A DNA stretch of 61,313 nt, counting the filler, from Sluysia triapertura (Eukaryota): assembly GCA_046118255.1 (NCBI GenBank). It is 4 parts of 4 records of this genome, joined end to end, with 100 filler letters (N's around TTAATTAATTAA, not from the genome) between each part and the next. Parts side by side here need not be neighbours in the genome. Positions count along the whole stretch, not along the records: positions 1 to 16,508 come from JBJNIA010202485.1; positions 16,609 to 30,125 come from JBJNIA010035153.1; 2 more parts are not named here. One strand, given 5' to 3'. A program made the position numbers and the translations under genes. Shown here piece by piece: positions 13,517 through 26,894 of the stretch. The stretch's first letter is position 1; the number at the start of each line of letters is the position of its first letter. The notes under the pieces are model-generated. The model worked only from the letters and a program-made list of their open reading frames with translations. It had not been told where the DNA came from and did no database searches.

Positions 13517-14170
13517 TATTAATTTATATTGCGCTCATATCTACTACGTAAGTACTCAAAAGCTCTTAAGGTAAATCATTCACCATAATATTTCTGAAAC
13601 AGAAAAAATACTTTGCCTTTTTCTTAAATATTTTATAATATTCCAGTAATTTGACATTCTCTGGTAACTGGTTGTATATTTTTGAGACAAACAGTATATA
13701 ACCTTTCGCCTAATTTGTTATCACTATGGATTCTGTATAGATTATTATGTCTCAATGAAATATTCATCTTGGTTTCCAATTTTCATATTATTTCTAAAAG
13801 ATGTCATTGTCATGATTTTAAATTATATTCTTGCTTTTATTGGCAACCAATGTAATTCTTTAATATAAGGTGTTACATGAGATATTCTTCCAACTTGGAG
13901 AATTAGTTTGGCTGCTTGATTAATTATTAATTGTAATTTTTTCACTTTTTTATATGAAATTGAGTACAATAAACCATTGTTACAATCTATGTTGCTAGTT
14001 ATCAATGAGTGAACAATAAGTTTAGTTGTTTATTTATTAATAAATTTTCGAAAATGTGATATTTTATTTAATTGATATTTACACTTTTAACAATACAATT
14101 AATATTTTCTTCCATGTTCATTTTGAATCCATATAACAATCTATATTTTGTACTTTTTATTTCGCATCTA
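13517..14170 (-). mobile_element. L2-clade LINE, ORF2 C-terminus and 3' tail (5'-truncated)
   Basis: ITSNIDCNNGLLYSI..KKLQLIINQAAKLI..SHVTPYIKELHWLPIKARI is the typical L2 RT C-terminal signature. Confidence 0.9.
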
Positions 14171-14268
14171 ATGTCTTACCACCTCCAATTAACTCTGCTT
14201 CATTTATTTTGGTATTAGATACCGATATAATTGTGTTTTATTTCTGAAAAATCAATTTATTAATTAAG

Positions 14269-14471
14269 AGTTCCTTTATCTTGGAATGTATTACAATTTT
14301 CCCAAAATTCGATTACTATTTGTCCTCGAAGGGCTACTTTAATATTAAACGTTACACGTCAAGGTCCTACCAATAGAGAATGTTCTGCAACATTAAAAAT
14401 GTATTCCAGTACTTTAATTATAAACGAAGATTATCGATTAATTAGTCAAAAACGATTACAATTTTCCAAAG
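14269..14471 (+). CDS. FREM-like gene exon, Calx-beta domain N-terminal half
   Basis: Acceptor aag at 14268 joins in frame to the previous exon. Encodes VPLSWNVLQFSQNSITIC..LNVTRQG..SATL..EDY..LQFSK. Donor gtaatt at 14472. Confidence 0.8.
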
Positions 14472-14550
14472 GTAATTTAATTTTTATCACATTAATTAAT
14501 TGTATTTGCTGTTTCCATAAATAGATTATCATGTGACAAAAATTTATTAA

Positions 14551-15144
14551 ACCCTTTCGGGAGGGCTTTTTACAAATTATCAAAAAGTGTTAGAAATGCT
14601 CAGAAAAGTTTTTTTCATATGTTATACAGTGAAACAGTCAGGCAAATATAATTCAACATTACTACCTTTACAAGCATATATCTAGTCTTCTATTTTTTAT
14701 TTTCACTTCTACTGCGGACAATACAAACTTTTCCAGGGTTTATGATAAGGCCAGATATACGAATAAATGATGGAAAATGTCTACCAAATGATTTTCAGAA
14801 GGTGATCTTCCTCTCAATATTTCTCTTTGACTGCCAAACTTTTCGAAAACTTTTTTAATTAGTTCTTTCTTAAATATTTACCGAATGTCATATCTTGTAA
14901 AGACAGCATGCTTTGAAGAAAGATTAAGAATGAGAAAAAACGTTTTTAATACCATTTGACTGTTTTTCGAATTTTTATTCTTTTCGCGCAAAAGTTTATC
15001 CCTCTAGGAAATACAACATGTTTTGGTATCAAATGAAAGCTCTTGTCATTATTTTTAATTTCATATAAAGATCTCTGAAAAATTTCTATCGATTGATGAA
15101 TCATCTTTAAAAATCTACCATACAGGCATCCCGTCCTGAAATGG
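14551..15144. mobile_element. Possible piggyBac-like non-autonomous element
   Basis: TTAA-(A)CCCTTTC on the left and CTGAAATGG-TTAT on the right look like degraded CCCTTTC/GAAAGGG-TTAA ends. Confidence 0.3.
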
Positions 15145-15905
15145 TTATATGAATTTTATAACCAATGACAAATTTCGCCGTTATTTTATTCGTAGAACGA
15201 CATTGTAAAAAAGTATAGGAAAAAAGTGTATAATAATAATTAGTTAAATAATTATCATTTTTACATATTATATTTACATTGTCAAAATTAGATTTTCTTA
15301 ATAAAGTTTGATTTATTAATCTTTTTATAATAACAAATGAGTTTGAAAATTCACCAAAGATTATAAATGTGTAATAGAATGTAAAAGAAATTTATAAAGA
15401 ACCCTTAGTATGTCAAAGAATTGTGTCCAGTGGTTTGTAGCAGGGTACAATATTTAAAAAATACAGATAAATAAACATAATTTCATCATGCAATATATTA
15501 CTTTAAAGTATAAACTATTACTTCGATTATTTTAATAACTATATTATTATTCAGTTTGTTTGAATTACTTATTTATCTCAAGAAATTTGATTCCTAATTA
15601 AACAAACTCTCTCGACTAAATAAATGATGTATTTTTAATGTTTATTAGATTATACAGTCTTGTTAAACAGGTATTGTTATGATATATCAACTCAAATAAA
15701 TTAGAAGGGTTTAGTTTAATTTTAGTTTCATTTAAAAACAGTTTAAATGGTGAAAAAAAAGAACTGACTGAAATAGAACGTGAAATAATTCTGTTTACAA
15801 TGAGGAATAAAGATATTAGCAAGACCTTACGTTTTTTTGAAATTTATACTTTCTACAAACATTTTATCGATGAAATAATAAAGAATGATGCTATTTATTG
15901 TTCAG

Positions 15906-16043
15906 GAATCATCTTCCATACAGTTTCTATTAAATTATTGATTTCGAAATCTCTTCCAAATACCAGTTCTTTGACTGTAGAACTTGGTAATCCGCAGAAT
16001 GCAGTTCTTGGAAAAAATTATTCGATATCGATTATTTTATCAG
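15906..16043 (+). CDS. FREM-like gene exon, Calx-beta domain C-terminal half
   Basis: Acceptor ttcag, phase-compatible. GIIFHTVSIKLL..SSLTVELGNPQNAVLGKNYSISIILS fits the Calx-beta pattern FxVxLxxPxNAxLG. Confidence 0.78.
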
Positions 16044-16118
16044 GTTGCTTTTTCAATTTAAATAGTATATATAAATGAAAATAGCGGTTTTAATTATTTA
16101 ATTTTATAAATAACTTAG

Positions 16119-16141
16119 GAAATGCATGCGAATTTGAATAA
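16119..16141 (+). CDS. Probable terminal exon of the FREM-like gene (GNACEFE*)
   Basis: 75-bp gt..cttag intron (16044-16118), phase-compatible, ending in TAA. Confidence 0.5.
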
Positions 16142-16429
16142 AGTTTGTATTAAACAATTTAGAATGAGTAGTTTATAAGTCTAAATACAAAAATAGATAT
16201 ATTTTCATGTTGACTGCAGTTCGACAAGAGTTACATAAACTCAGTATTTAGTAAAGATCTAACTTTCATTGAAGCGTCGAAAACTTTCACTTAATCTGAA
16301 GATACTCGAGAGAAATCATTTTAATAATCTATAATTTATTATTCAATTTATTAAACATTTTATGAACAAATTAATTTAGAGATAGTTGTATTTTGTTCTA
16401 TTTACATTTAGTTCTACGTAACTGATTAA

Positions 16430-16434
16430 CAATG

Positions 16435-16501
<67 letters not shown>

Positions 16502-16508
16502 TAATAAT
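16430..16508. repeat. (AAT)n microsatellite at a contig end
   Basis: Near-perfect AAT run abutting the gap. Confidence 0.95.
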
Positions 16509-16608
16509 NNNNNNNNNNNNNNNNNNNNNNNNNNNNNNNNNNNNNNNNNNNNTTAATTAATTAANNNNNNNNNNNNNNNNNNNNNNNNNNNNNNNNNNNN
16601 NNNNNNNN
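16509..16608. other. Assembly gap with artificial linker (N44-TTAATTAATTAA-N44)
   Basis: The same 100-nt spacer occurs at 30126-30225 and 45356-45455. The linker has stops in all six frames. Confidence 0.95.
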
Positions 16609-16617
16609 TATATATAT

Positions 16618-17870
16618 TAGGGTTTCCAATACCGGTATTCGATATTTCTAAAATTCAATATCGGGATACCCGTTTTAATATCAGTATTAGATATAAAAAA
16701 TCCAAGCCTTACTGGATTTTGTTTAATTTGCTGATTTTTAATGAAAAATAAAAACAAAAAGAAAAATGTTAAACTGTAACAGATCTTTTTATTTCTTTAA
16801 ATCACGAAAAATTGTACATTCAGTGCAATTATTGCATATTTTTAAGATGCGATCTTAGATAACACAACACATCAACTGTATTGTCATTAAGCCTGGAGGG
16901 TAGTCGAAAAAGCTCTTTCAGCTTCTACATTAGTTGGAGGAATGGTTAACAATGAACGATATACATTTTCTAAATATTTACCTCTAAATCCATCATGTAA
17001 AAACAAGTCTACTTCTCTCTGGATGTCTATATATCTGATCTAGGAATTGTAGTTGGACTTGTATATATTTTGTTAAGAATCGCTAAACCTAATCTTTCTT
17101 TTCATCATCATCTTTGCTGTCATTCTCGTTCTCTATGCATTTATCGATTTCTTCTGAATGACTACAAGTATCCGGATAAAATTTTTCAATGAAATTTACT
17201 AAAAAAATGATTAAATTTGAGGTTTTAAATATTTTCCTTTTTCATTTTTGTAATTATTATAATTTTCGCGGGAAGTAAAGCGGAAACAGTGCTAAATATT
17301 AAGTCAAATTCACCTTCGGAAAATCAATAGGCAAGTTCAAATCAATGACTGTTTTTTAATTGGATTTTTTAGTTTCAAAAATCGTGCCATCATAAGTAAT
17401 CTTTTCCAACTTTTTCTTAGAATTTAATGACAACACATACTCTGTTCTATTTTCTGTAAGCACATTTCTGTAGCAGTGCATTTTTAGTGGGAGAACGTTT
17501 AAATATTTTGACGATTTTTCGAATTTTATCAATTACGTCTTGCAAATCCTGTTTACATGACAATTCTTCTCCATATGAAATTTCTGGTTCAAAACTAACA
17601 AATCGCATTCACTTTCTTCAAAGTCAGAATTCGAAAGTTCTATGTCCAGAATATTTACGTTATTATTTTTCGAGTTTTTTCGATATAATACATCTAACAC
17701 TGCAAGTTGGGTCCCGTGAGCATAACACAATTGTTGATTTGCTCCAATCAACTTTCCAACCTTTTTCATCACCGTTGCTCCATCTGTAGTTATGGAATCA
17801 ATGTCTTCATTCAAAGATAATCCATGGTGTGCTAGTTTGGACATGAGAACTTCAATACAGCTTCCTATCG
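16618..17870 (-). mobile_element. hAT transposon remnant
   Basis: TAGGG terminus with AATACCG-type subterminal repeats. Peptides SITTDGATVMKKVG..LCYAHGTQLAVLDVLY and dimerization motif LLTIPPTNVEAERAFS..NDNTVDVLCYLR. Confidence 0.88.
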
Positions 17871-17924
17871 GACGATCTTCGAATTTAACAGATTACATAA
17901 GCGTTTCAATGTTTATGTTAAATT

Positions 17925-18006
17925 AGTGTCGGGGCTGCCTCAATAGAGGACCGAAACGTAAAAATTGCAATGTCGGGACTGCCCCCTGTGGATCGCAAAT
18001 GGTTAA
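17925..18006. mobile_element. piggyBac-like terminus
   Basis: Duplicated TGTCGGGRCTGCC subterminal motif, ending AAATGG-TTAA. Confidence 0.3.
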
Positions 18007-20391
18007 TATTTTCACTTATGTAAGGTTAGTAGTGTGATTTACTTTAGTGTAATTTATTATTTTATTATAGATTCTTTCTTAAACAGGAATCTTTTAGCGA
18101 GATTTTATAATATTGGTGTAGAAAAAACCAACTGAAACACTTTTTAAATTATGTATTTGTTATTTTATTATATACTATTGGTTTAGTAAAAACCAACTAA
18201 ATCAATGGGTTAATATTTTGGGGTTGCTTATATACTCTTAAGTAATTCGACAGTATTCAAAATTCTTTACGACAATTTATATTATTGATAGAGATACTGA
18301 TTAAGTGATATACACAATATACAATATTATTAAGATTAACTTTATAATCTTATATTTTATTATTTTTATAAATTTATTTTATTAAGTAATCAATGTAAAA
18401 GATTACTGTAAATTATTAATCAAAGTTTTTACGTTTGTTTGTCCTCACAATTAAATTCTGTGGAAAAGATCTATTAAAACTAACGAATTCTTTCGGAATA
18501 TGGTCAACTGAGTGCCTGAAATGGAAATCCTGATTGCAACAAAATTTCTTTAACAAGTTGATGAAAATTCTTTAAAAATTATTTGTAAGTCGAGATTATT
18601 CTTTAACAAACTGATGAAATCTTTAAAAATGTTTTTTAAGTTAAGTTTTTTGTCTTTGAATTGATAAAACAAATTGTAATAGTTTTAATAATAAATTAAT
18701 AATAGTAATAGTTAATAGTAACAATATAATAATAATAACTAATAATATAATGCACGCTACATTAAAAAATTTGACAATTAAATTTATTTTTAGAATTTTA
18801 TTTTATTTAATTTGACAATTTATTTTTGACAATTAAATTCATTTAATCGACATTTGTAACAATTGAATTTATGTTTTGAAGTTATTATAATTATTATAAT
18901 AATTATAATTATTATCATAAAATAATTAAAAAATATCAGAATCAAAAGCTTATAAAAAAATCTTATAAATTATAATATACTTAGCATCATTTTAAATATT
19001 CAATTTATTTTAATTTAGAAAAACATTTCAAAAAGAAATTTAATGCATTGAAAATATTTATTGCAATTAATGGAGTTAAAAGAAATTTCAATTTATTTTA
19101 ATGTAATTATAATAGAAAATATTTAATGGATTTTTAATGATTTTTTTTCATGTAAAAATCAGATGAATTTATTTAATGTTTATTTAAAAACTTAATGAAT
19201 TCATCTAATGGATGCTAAATTAGTATAAAAAGAAAAACTTATGAATATTAAGACTATTTATTAACGAAATAAGTTAAAAAGGAGTTTCATTATTAACGAG
19301 CAAATATTTTTACGTCAGCGTCAGTTATTTGGTTAATTGGTAATCGATACTGTTCTATTAATTGAGAAAATCGTTATTTGGCAATATGATACCCATTATT
19401 TTTGCAATTAGAATAATTGGATAAATTCGTTATTTGTTCCACCGCTTGACGAAACATAAAAGAGCGATCGGGCTTTTTGCCTAAACGATCGATCAAGATT
19501 TAAAGCATCTATCCATTATTATTAAAATCGAATTCGTAAGTTTTTGATACATAGGTTTTCCTTACTTAAGTAAGGAGTAAAATAAACTTAATATTTACAT
19601 AATTTTTCAGCTGTCTTAAGATAGTCATAAAATCATTACTAAAATATTATTAAAACACATTAGAGTAAAATCTTTTGCGATAAACTTTTATTTTTGATAT
19701 TTATGTATAAATATTGTTTATTATCTTGAATGAAGTTTCACAGTATTAATTTCATTGTTTTTCATAAAACTTATAAACCTATAGTCGTGATTACTAAATT
19801 GAATAAAAGTTTTCATAGTGATAAACCTTTTGCCTTTTTGTGTTTCGGTAATAAAGAAATAAGCACATAGTTATCTAACTGTCGGAGAAAAACCTTGTGT
19901 TGAGAGCATAGTACACAGATATTGAAATCCTTAGGTACGTCCTTTGCAGTAATATAAATCCTATATTGTAGGTGAACCCATATGAAAATACTAATTTTGT
20001 AAGTAGGTGATTTTAAACAAGCAAAAATCATAACAAAAACTCTAAAACATTTTTCGAAAACCATTAGAAACATCTTTTAAACAATATGTTTAAAGATAAA
20101 AAAAATAAAACAAATGTGAAGAGAGAAGATTGTCTCTGATGTAAGAGATGTAAGAACTATAGGTATGAATTAATAATCCTTCACAATTACATGTCACATT
20201 ATTTATTCGTAAAATAAAATAAATAACCTTTACATAAAATTTTGTGCTTTTTAATGTTTATAGGATTTTTAAATTAGGTTTTAATTTATTAACTTTTGTA
20301 TGTTAATAACTTACTTTTAATGTTCAACAAATAACAAATGATAACTTAATAGGGTCTAGCATATAATTGTACTTTAATTAACCTACTGGTA

Positions 20392-20530
20392 GGATCAACC
20401 TACCAGTACGAATCAGTTTTCTCAATGAATGCAATTAAAATAAAACGTCGTTTTAATCAATCTTGTTTCGCATCATGCTTGCGAATATATGAAGAACTTG
20501 CTTCAAATTTTTCAGTGTCAAGTATCAAAT
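20392..20530 (+). repeat. Duplicate of the hAT-Buster 3' coding segment at 21871-22050
   Basis: Near-identical ggatcaacctaccagtacgaatcagt...aaaacgtcgttttaatcaatc...aatatatgaagaacttgcttcaaat. Confidence 0.85.
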
Positions 20531-20849
20531 GATCAAAATTATGTTTGTAAAATTATTATTTTTTGCTTTTATACTACTTTTTTGTATTCAATTTTTACAG
20601 TTAATAAATTCTTAGTTGTCATAAGATCTTTTCCATGGTTATCTTCCTCTTTATCAAGCGTAACAGAGACCTCGATCGCATAATCATTTGAAGTCACCCG
20701 CAAATAAACAATCATCCAAAGAAACAAATTACAAAGTAAGTGAGGCTAATTATTATTAATAGCTGCAAAGAAATAAAAACGAAATTGCTTTGCTTTTCTG
20801 AATAAGCATTGAATATTTTAAATATTATTCTCTACGGCAATTAATTATA

Positions 20850-22050
20850 TCACTTAATTTTTTTTAGCCACAATAACTCAACCGAGCAAAAAACTAGAAC
20901 ATCACTATCATATTGAATGGAAACAATAGGTGTAATTCAAATGTAGCACTATCTGAAAAAGGTAATTGTTGAACGATATTTTCGAAGTGTCTACAAACAA
21001 TATGAATTTGACTTTCCATTAAACTCTGAAGCACGAAAAGAAAAAGTCACATTTAGCTCCAAATCAAGATCAGTTACCATAGCATCATTCAGGGTAGCTA
21101 ATGTTTCGGTGAAACGAAGAACCTTTTAAGATGACGAAATATGGAAAGGAAGCATTTATAAAAGCTGGTGAGGTATTGTTTAAAAATTTTAAAAATAAAT
21201 CTGAAACAAGATTACGCATCAGACGGTGTATATCATAAAACTTTGGAAGACATTTCAGCCACAAAAGAGTTATTAACTATTTTTTCAATTAAAGGACAAA
21301 CAAGAGGTGTTTAAAATTTATTTAAATCTTTTATAAGTCGTACCAATTTTCCGATCCATAAGGTAGTATCAATTACGACGGATGAAGAGCTTTCCATGAG
21401 TGGCTATTGGATCTTGTTTTTCTTTGTGACATTACAGAACAATTGAACAACTTCAGAGGAAACACATCTATATAATGGCAGTAAAACATATAAAGACAAG
21501 TCCGTGCTTGCAGGTCAATTAATACGAGTTGATTTGGAACATTTCAAAAATATGGAAAAATAATCCAAACATGTGCCAATCAAGTGACTACAACTTTAAA
21601 CTAATTCAGTACATGTTTTAAAGTTGAAATTGAAAAAGTTGCTATTGTGATCTCATTTCAATTTAATTATTCTATCAATGCAGAATAGATGGTTATCAAA
21701 ATTAATATCTTTATTGAAGCGCAGCACACCTCGAAGACGAGATAGTAACATTAAAAGGTGATATATTCATTAAATCAAGAGTTAGGTGCTGATAATAATT
21801 TTTGAGTCTGCTTTCGCAAGAAAAATAATTAAATTTGCGAAGAGTTGCAGGATATCTATCTGCATTATTATGGATCAACCTACCAGTACGAATCAGTCTT
21901 CTCAATGAATACAATTAAAATAAAACGTCGTTTTAATCAATCTCGTTTAACGTATGATTATTTAGCATCATGCCTGCGAAAATTCATAATCTTTTATTAG
22001 CCAATATATGAAGAACTTGCTTCAAATAATCAGTGCCAAGTATCAGATGT
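20850..22050 (+). mobile_element. hAT Buster/Charlie-type (GTF2IRD2/EPM2AIP1-like) transposase pseudogene
   Basis: Peptides FPLNSEARKEK, KELLTIFSIKGQTRG, KVVSITTD and GSTYQYESVFSMNTIK..SRLT..YLASCLR..YEELA..QCQVS. Confidence 0.85.
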
Positions 22051-22164
22051 AAATAGCAGTAAGAATTTTTAATTTCATTTGTATTGTGTTAATTTCAATT
22101 TTGTGTCATTTGTAGGCATATAAACTTGTACTTTACTAATGTAGTTTGTTTTAAATTAAATTAA

Positions 22165-22567
22165 CACGTTGACATACACGTTTTTTCCTCATCTTGCCCC
22201 AAAACGCACTTTTTTAATCATTTGATGCTGCCTTAAGTAAATAAACATAATTTGCACGTTTAAGAACTAAAATTATCACGCTTTTTCAAAATTTTTTGAG
22301 GAAAACTCTTGACAACTGTAACCGTAATTTGTTTATCACAACATGTTCTGACTTGTTCAAGACATTAATATTCGTACAAAAAATGTTCTTAGCTGTTAAG
22401 TAAAATGTTATATTTTATTGTTGATTGCATTAATGCATTAGTAAATGTATACATTATGGTCCGTTTTTATTAATGGAAATATTTTTGTCGGGTGTAGCCG
22501 TCATTTGCTTTCAAGTTGACAAAAAGTGGCCGCTATAGCCGCAATAGCCGCACTTTGCGATAACGTA
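22165..22567. mobile_element. piggyBac-like MITE
   Basis: TTAA|CACGTT ... AACGTA|TTAA ends, with GC-rich subterminal TAGCCG repeats. Confidence 0.55.
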
Positions 22568-25284
22568 TTAATAGATTACAGTTGAAAACACTCTTGCTAT
22601 TTAAAATAATTTCTCTGGTATATTAATCTCGTCAAAAGACTTGAAAATTTTGTCAACCGTGCTCTGTATTATATTTCACTCTTCCACCACTCGTATTCTT
22701 CTATGCCTTATACAATATAATATCATTGGGTGATGTATGCAAATTTGCCTACTGTGTTTTGTTTATTTATCTGCCTTGATAGCTAGTACTGTGGTGCCTC
22801 TACTTACGATATTAATTCGTTATGGAATTCGTTTCGTAGAGCCTCTTTTTCCTTATAAATGCCCTAATCGGTTCCAATCCCCAAAAATTCAAACATAATT
22901 CTTTTATAAACTATAAAAATGAAACAAAACTTGTAATGAATACACCTTAGAATTAGATTATTGCACAATAAGCATAAAAATGAGAGTTATACATAATGTA
23001 AATAAAGAGCAAAGAATTATGAATTAAAATTTAAACAAATTTTGTTAATGTTTCTGAATTGCTTCCACCTCTATAGTCAACAATCACAGATTGTAGATAT
23101 TTACTTATCTAAGAGCTTATAAACATAAAATTAAACTAGAAAGCATGCTTTTTTAAAACGCATGGATAAAATCTTCGTCATTAATATATTTGTTTGTAAC
23201 AAAATAATTAAATTGTAATTGAATTTCCTATTTCAGTATCTACGCAAAAAAGAAAAAATTTGCATTTTTATAAGCATAATTTTTTCGAAATAACATAATT
23301 CATGCGAGATGGCAAAAAGCGTTTACAAAATTTAAATATTAATATAAAATATATTTTACAATTAGTTTTGTATTTAGACTTGCATGGTTAATAATAAGAT
23401 ATTCTTTAAATAATTGTTATATTTTTCATATAAGTAATTTTTATGAGATATTTTGCTTTGTTGATGGCTTGATTTGGATGTTTTATACATGAACGAATAA
23501 ATTTTTTGAATATTCGAAAAATTATTGAAAAATGTAATTTATTTTGGATTATAAGGTTATATAAAATTAACATTGAAACAATATTTATTAACTATATTAG
23601 AAAATATAACTGATTAGTTCTAATAAATATTCTAATAATTAAATTTAAAAATATACTTATTATATGTTTAAATATTAAAAATAAAAGAAAGTAATAAAAT
23701 TATATTAAAATACAAATTAATACGAATAATGAATCAACTCATATTATATGATAACCATGTTAATCCTCTTGTATTTATAAATCTTATTTCTTAAAAAATA
23801 GAAATATACTTGTGNNNNNNNNNNNNNNNNNNNNNNNNNNNNNNNNNNNNNNNNNNNNNNNNNNNNNNNNNNNNNNNNNNNNNNNNNNNNNNNNNNNNNN
23901 NNNNNNNNNNNNNNNNNNNNNNNNNNNNNNNNNNNNNNNNNNNNNNATTGTAAGTTATTGGCAATTACCTTTACTTAACTTACAAATATCAAGATTATTC
24001 ATAAAGTTGTAAAAACTAGGAGTTTACTCATTCAATTATAAATTCAAACTCAAATGATGTTGTATCAAGAGACTGTAAGCTTCATTTAAATGATCATTAA
24101 AATCAAAATTATTCGTAAATTATTTCTCAGAGTTTACCAAATAGTTTTTTCAAATTTAAATGTTTTGATTATCTTTTTGCTTTATTATTACATTATGTCG
24201 TAAATATTTTTAAACTGAATATTAGCCTTAAAAATTTTATTAACCCAATTTTCGATGTGTGTCGTAACTACTGAACTTCTAAATTATAAATATATGTATG
24301 ATATTTAATTATAATGTAAAAACCAAACCAAAACTATCATTCTTCAAATGTGATAATTTTGTTTCGTTCAATTTACGGATGATTTTCAAATTTATTTCTT
24401 TGTTGAAAACGAAACACAAAATATTATGCCGTCTGCTACAAGAAAAACTGACTGATATGTATAAACTGACATTAAACTGTCAAACGTACCTGATATATCC
24501 TTCGCATCAAGTGATGTACGTAGTATTCTAAAATCTCCAAATGGGGATCGTGACACTTAATGAGTTGACAATACATAGATCAAAAAAATAATATATTTGA
24601 TAACATAAAAAACATAATTAATTTAAAAAATTTAATTTATTATTGGATTATAATAAAATAAAATAAATAAAAATAAAATTAAATTCTAGAAGAATAACGT
24701 AATAGAATGTTACTATTTTATTTCCTATATAATATTTTATTTACTATATAATTTCCTTTTTCCCACATTCGGACAATAATTTTCAGAATTTTCCAACTGT
24801 GAAATAGAAATAGTTTATAACTATTGCATGTATTTGTTTTCAAATAAATATTTATAACTACTTGTTTCTAACTTTGGTGGTGTTATGTATTTTTCTAGAC
24901 AATAACTCATTTTATATTGATTACTTTGATTTTATATTGCTGTTGTTTTCTTACTTCTGAACAGGAGCAAAATAATTTAGTTGATGAGTTTTGCTTCAAT
25001 CTACGACTTAAAACGTAGAGTAGACGTGTCTGTTTCTATGACAATGACTAAGTATAGTAAATGCTAATAAATTAAAACGAATGCCTATAATTTTAGTGTC
25101 TATATATAATGTATGCTGAAAATTCCTATTGTTTAAGACTTAATTAATTTACAGCTTCTCAAATTAAAAAATTAATAATAAAATGAACGAAAAATCAATT
25201 AATATTTTTTTACCATAAACGATTAGGTACACATGGCATTACGCGATAAAAATAAGAGAAAAAACCTGAAACAAAAATTGATGC

Positions 25285-26700
25285 TGTGGCGACCAACCCA
25301 ATAATTTGAAATTTTATAACATAATAGACAACAAAATCACCTTTCACAACATTTCATAATTCATAATATTTCCAAACATTCCAAACATAAAATTACATAA
25401 CGTCAAATTCATATTTAATATCGAAAATCATCAAAGATTTACTTAAAAAATTAATTCAACACATTGCAAACTTAATTCAACATGCTTCATATAAAATCAC
25501 ATTCCATAACATTCTAACTATTTTCCATTAAAACCTTTTTATACTTTATTTCTTCAAGATCCACTAAAACCATTTTCCATACATCAAAACATTTAAATTA
25601 ATAATCTGTCAACACCCAAATCTTAATTACATTCAAAATTATCAATCAAATATTTCAAGTTTACAATCCTCAACACTCAATTTCTAATATCACTGAAAAC
25701 ATTAAGTTAACACTTTTAAACCATTTTAGATGTTTTAATCAAAATAACATTTTCCAAACACTCTAGTATCGATCACTTCCTTCAAATATTATCTTAACAG
25801 ATTTTTCTATAATTTACACCTTTAATCACCAATACATTAAAAAAATTTACTTAAAACAATTTTATCCTTTATCTCATAACACTAAAATCACAATCACATC
25901 CTAAATCACGAATAGACACCTTCAAATCAATCCAAAACATTTCAAGCTTACAACTACTTTTAAAAGGTATCAAAACCGTTAGTATATTTTATTTCGTTCA
26001 GATTCACCAAAATCATTTGTATACACAATTTGTTAACATCCACTCCATAAGTACATTCAAAACCATTAATACACATTAGATTTTACTCACTAGATTTTTA
26101 AGTCACAATCTTCCAACACCTAAACTTTTCTTTCATTTAAAACATTAAAGTATATGTAAAAATTTCTTTTAAAACATTAATTCATTACTTTATAGAATTA
26201 AAATCACAGTTACACTTAAATTTTATTGTAAATATAAAAGCATAATTTAAAACATTATAAACTCACAACCTTTTAACATTCAGCTTCTAAGACATTTATA
26301 GTAAATAAAGATATTTCAATTATTTCGAGAATAAGAAAAATAAACGTAAGAAAGATCTTGTTTTTTTATTAGAACATCAAAAAGATTTGTTTTATTTTTT
26401 ACCGTTTCACAATAATTACTATTTAACATTATCTTTATTTTTTCACAGTTATTAGCAATATAATCATTGTTATTGATTTTATTATTTTTATGCAGTTATT
26501 AGTCCTTGTAACCGTCACCAATTGACAGCTTTGATTTAATTCACTTCAATTAATTGATTTAACATAAATTGATGACGGACATCTAATTAATTGCCTTTAT
26601 GTTTTATGTTTTGTCTCTTCTAATTGGACGTCCATTGATTTACAAATTGGCCAATCACTGCTAATCATCATAGTGATCGTGATTTTACAACTCTTTAAAC
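25285..26700 (+). mobile_element. Repeat arm: TGTGGCG terminus, C/A-skewed tract, (ATT)n and CCAAT promoter-like module
   Basis: TGTGGCGACCAACCC at 25285, G-poor tract 25300-26300, TTGACAGCTTT at 26522, ATTGGCCAATC near 26647. Confidence 0.5.
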
Positions 26701-26894
26701 ACTCTAACAAAAAAATCTTTTTCATAAATATTAACGTTATTAAAAAATTTATTTTTAAGTGTAAAAATCAAGAATAATATTAAAGATTTTATGTATAAAT
26801 AGATAATTAAAAAAAACAAATTGCGAATGATCTCAAAAATTTTTAAAACTGATTAAAGTGAAATACACTATTTCAATAATCAGTTAAAATATCT

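Noticed and set aside
14525-14550. FREM exon after a 53-bp intron
   Set aside because: Stops after a few codons; the 15906 exon completes the Calx-beta domain.
16553-16564. Recurring TTAATTAATTAA palindrome (also at 30170 and 45400)
   Set aside because: Always centred in a 100-nt N spacer, so it is a scaffolding linker, not biological sequence.
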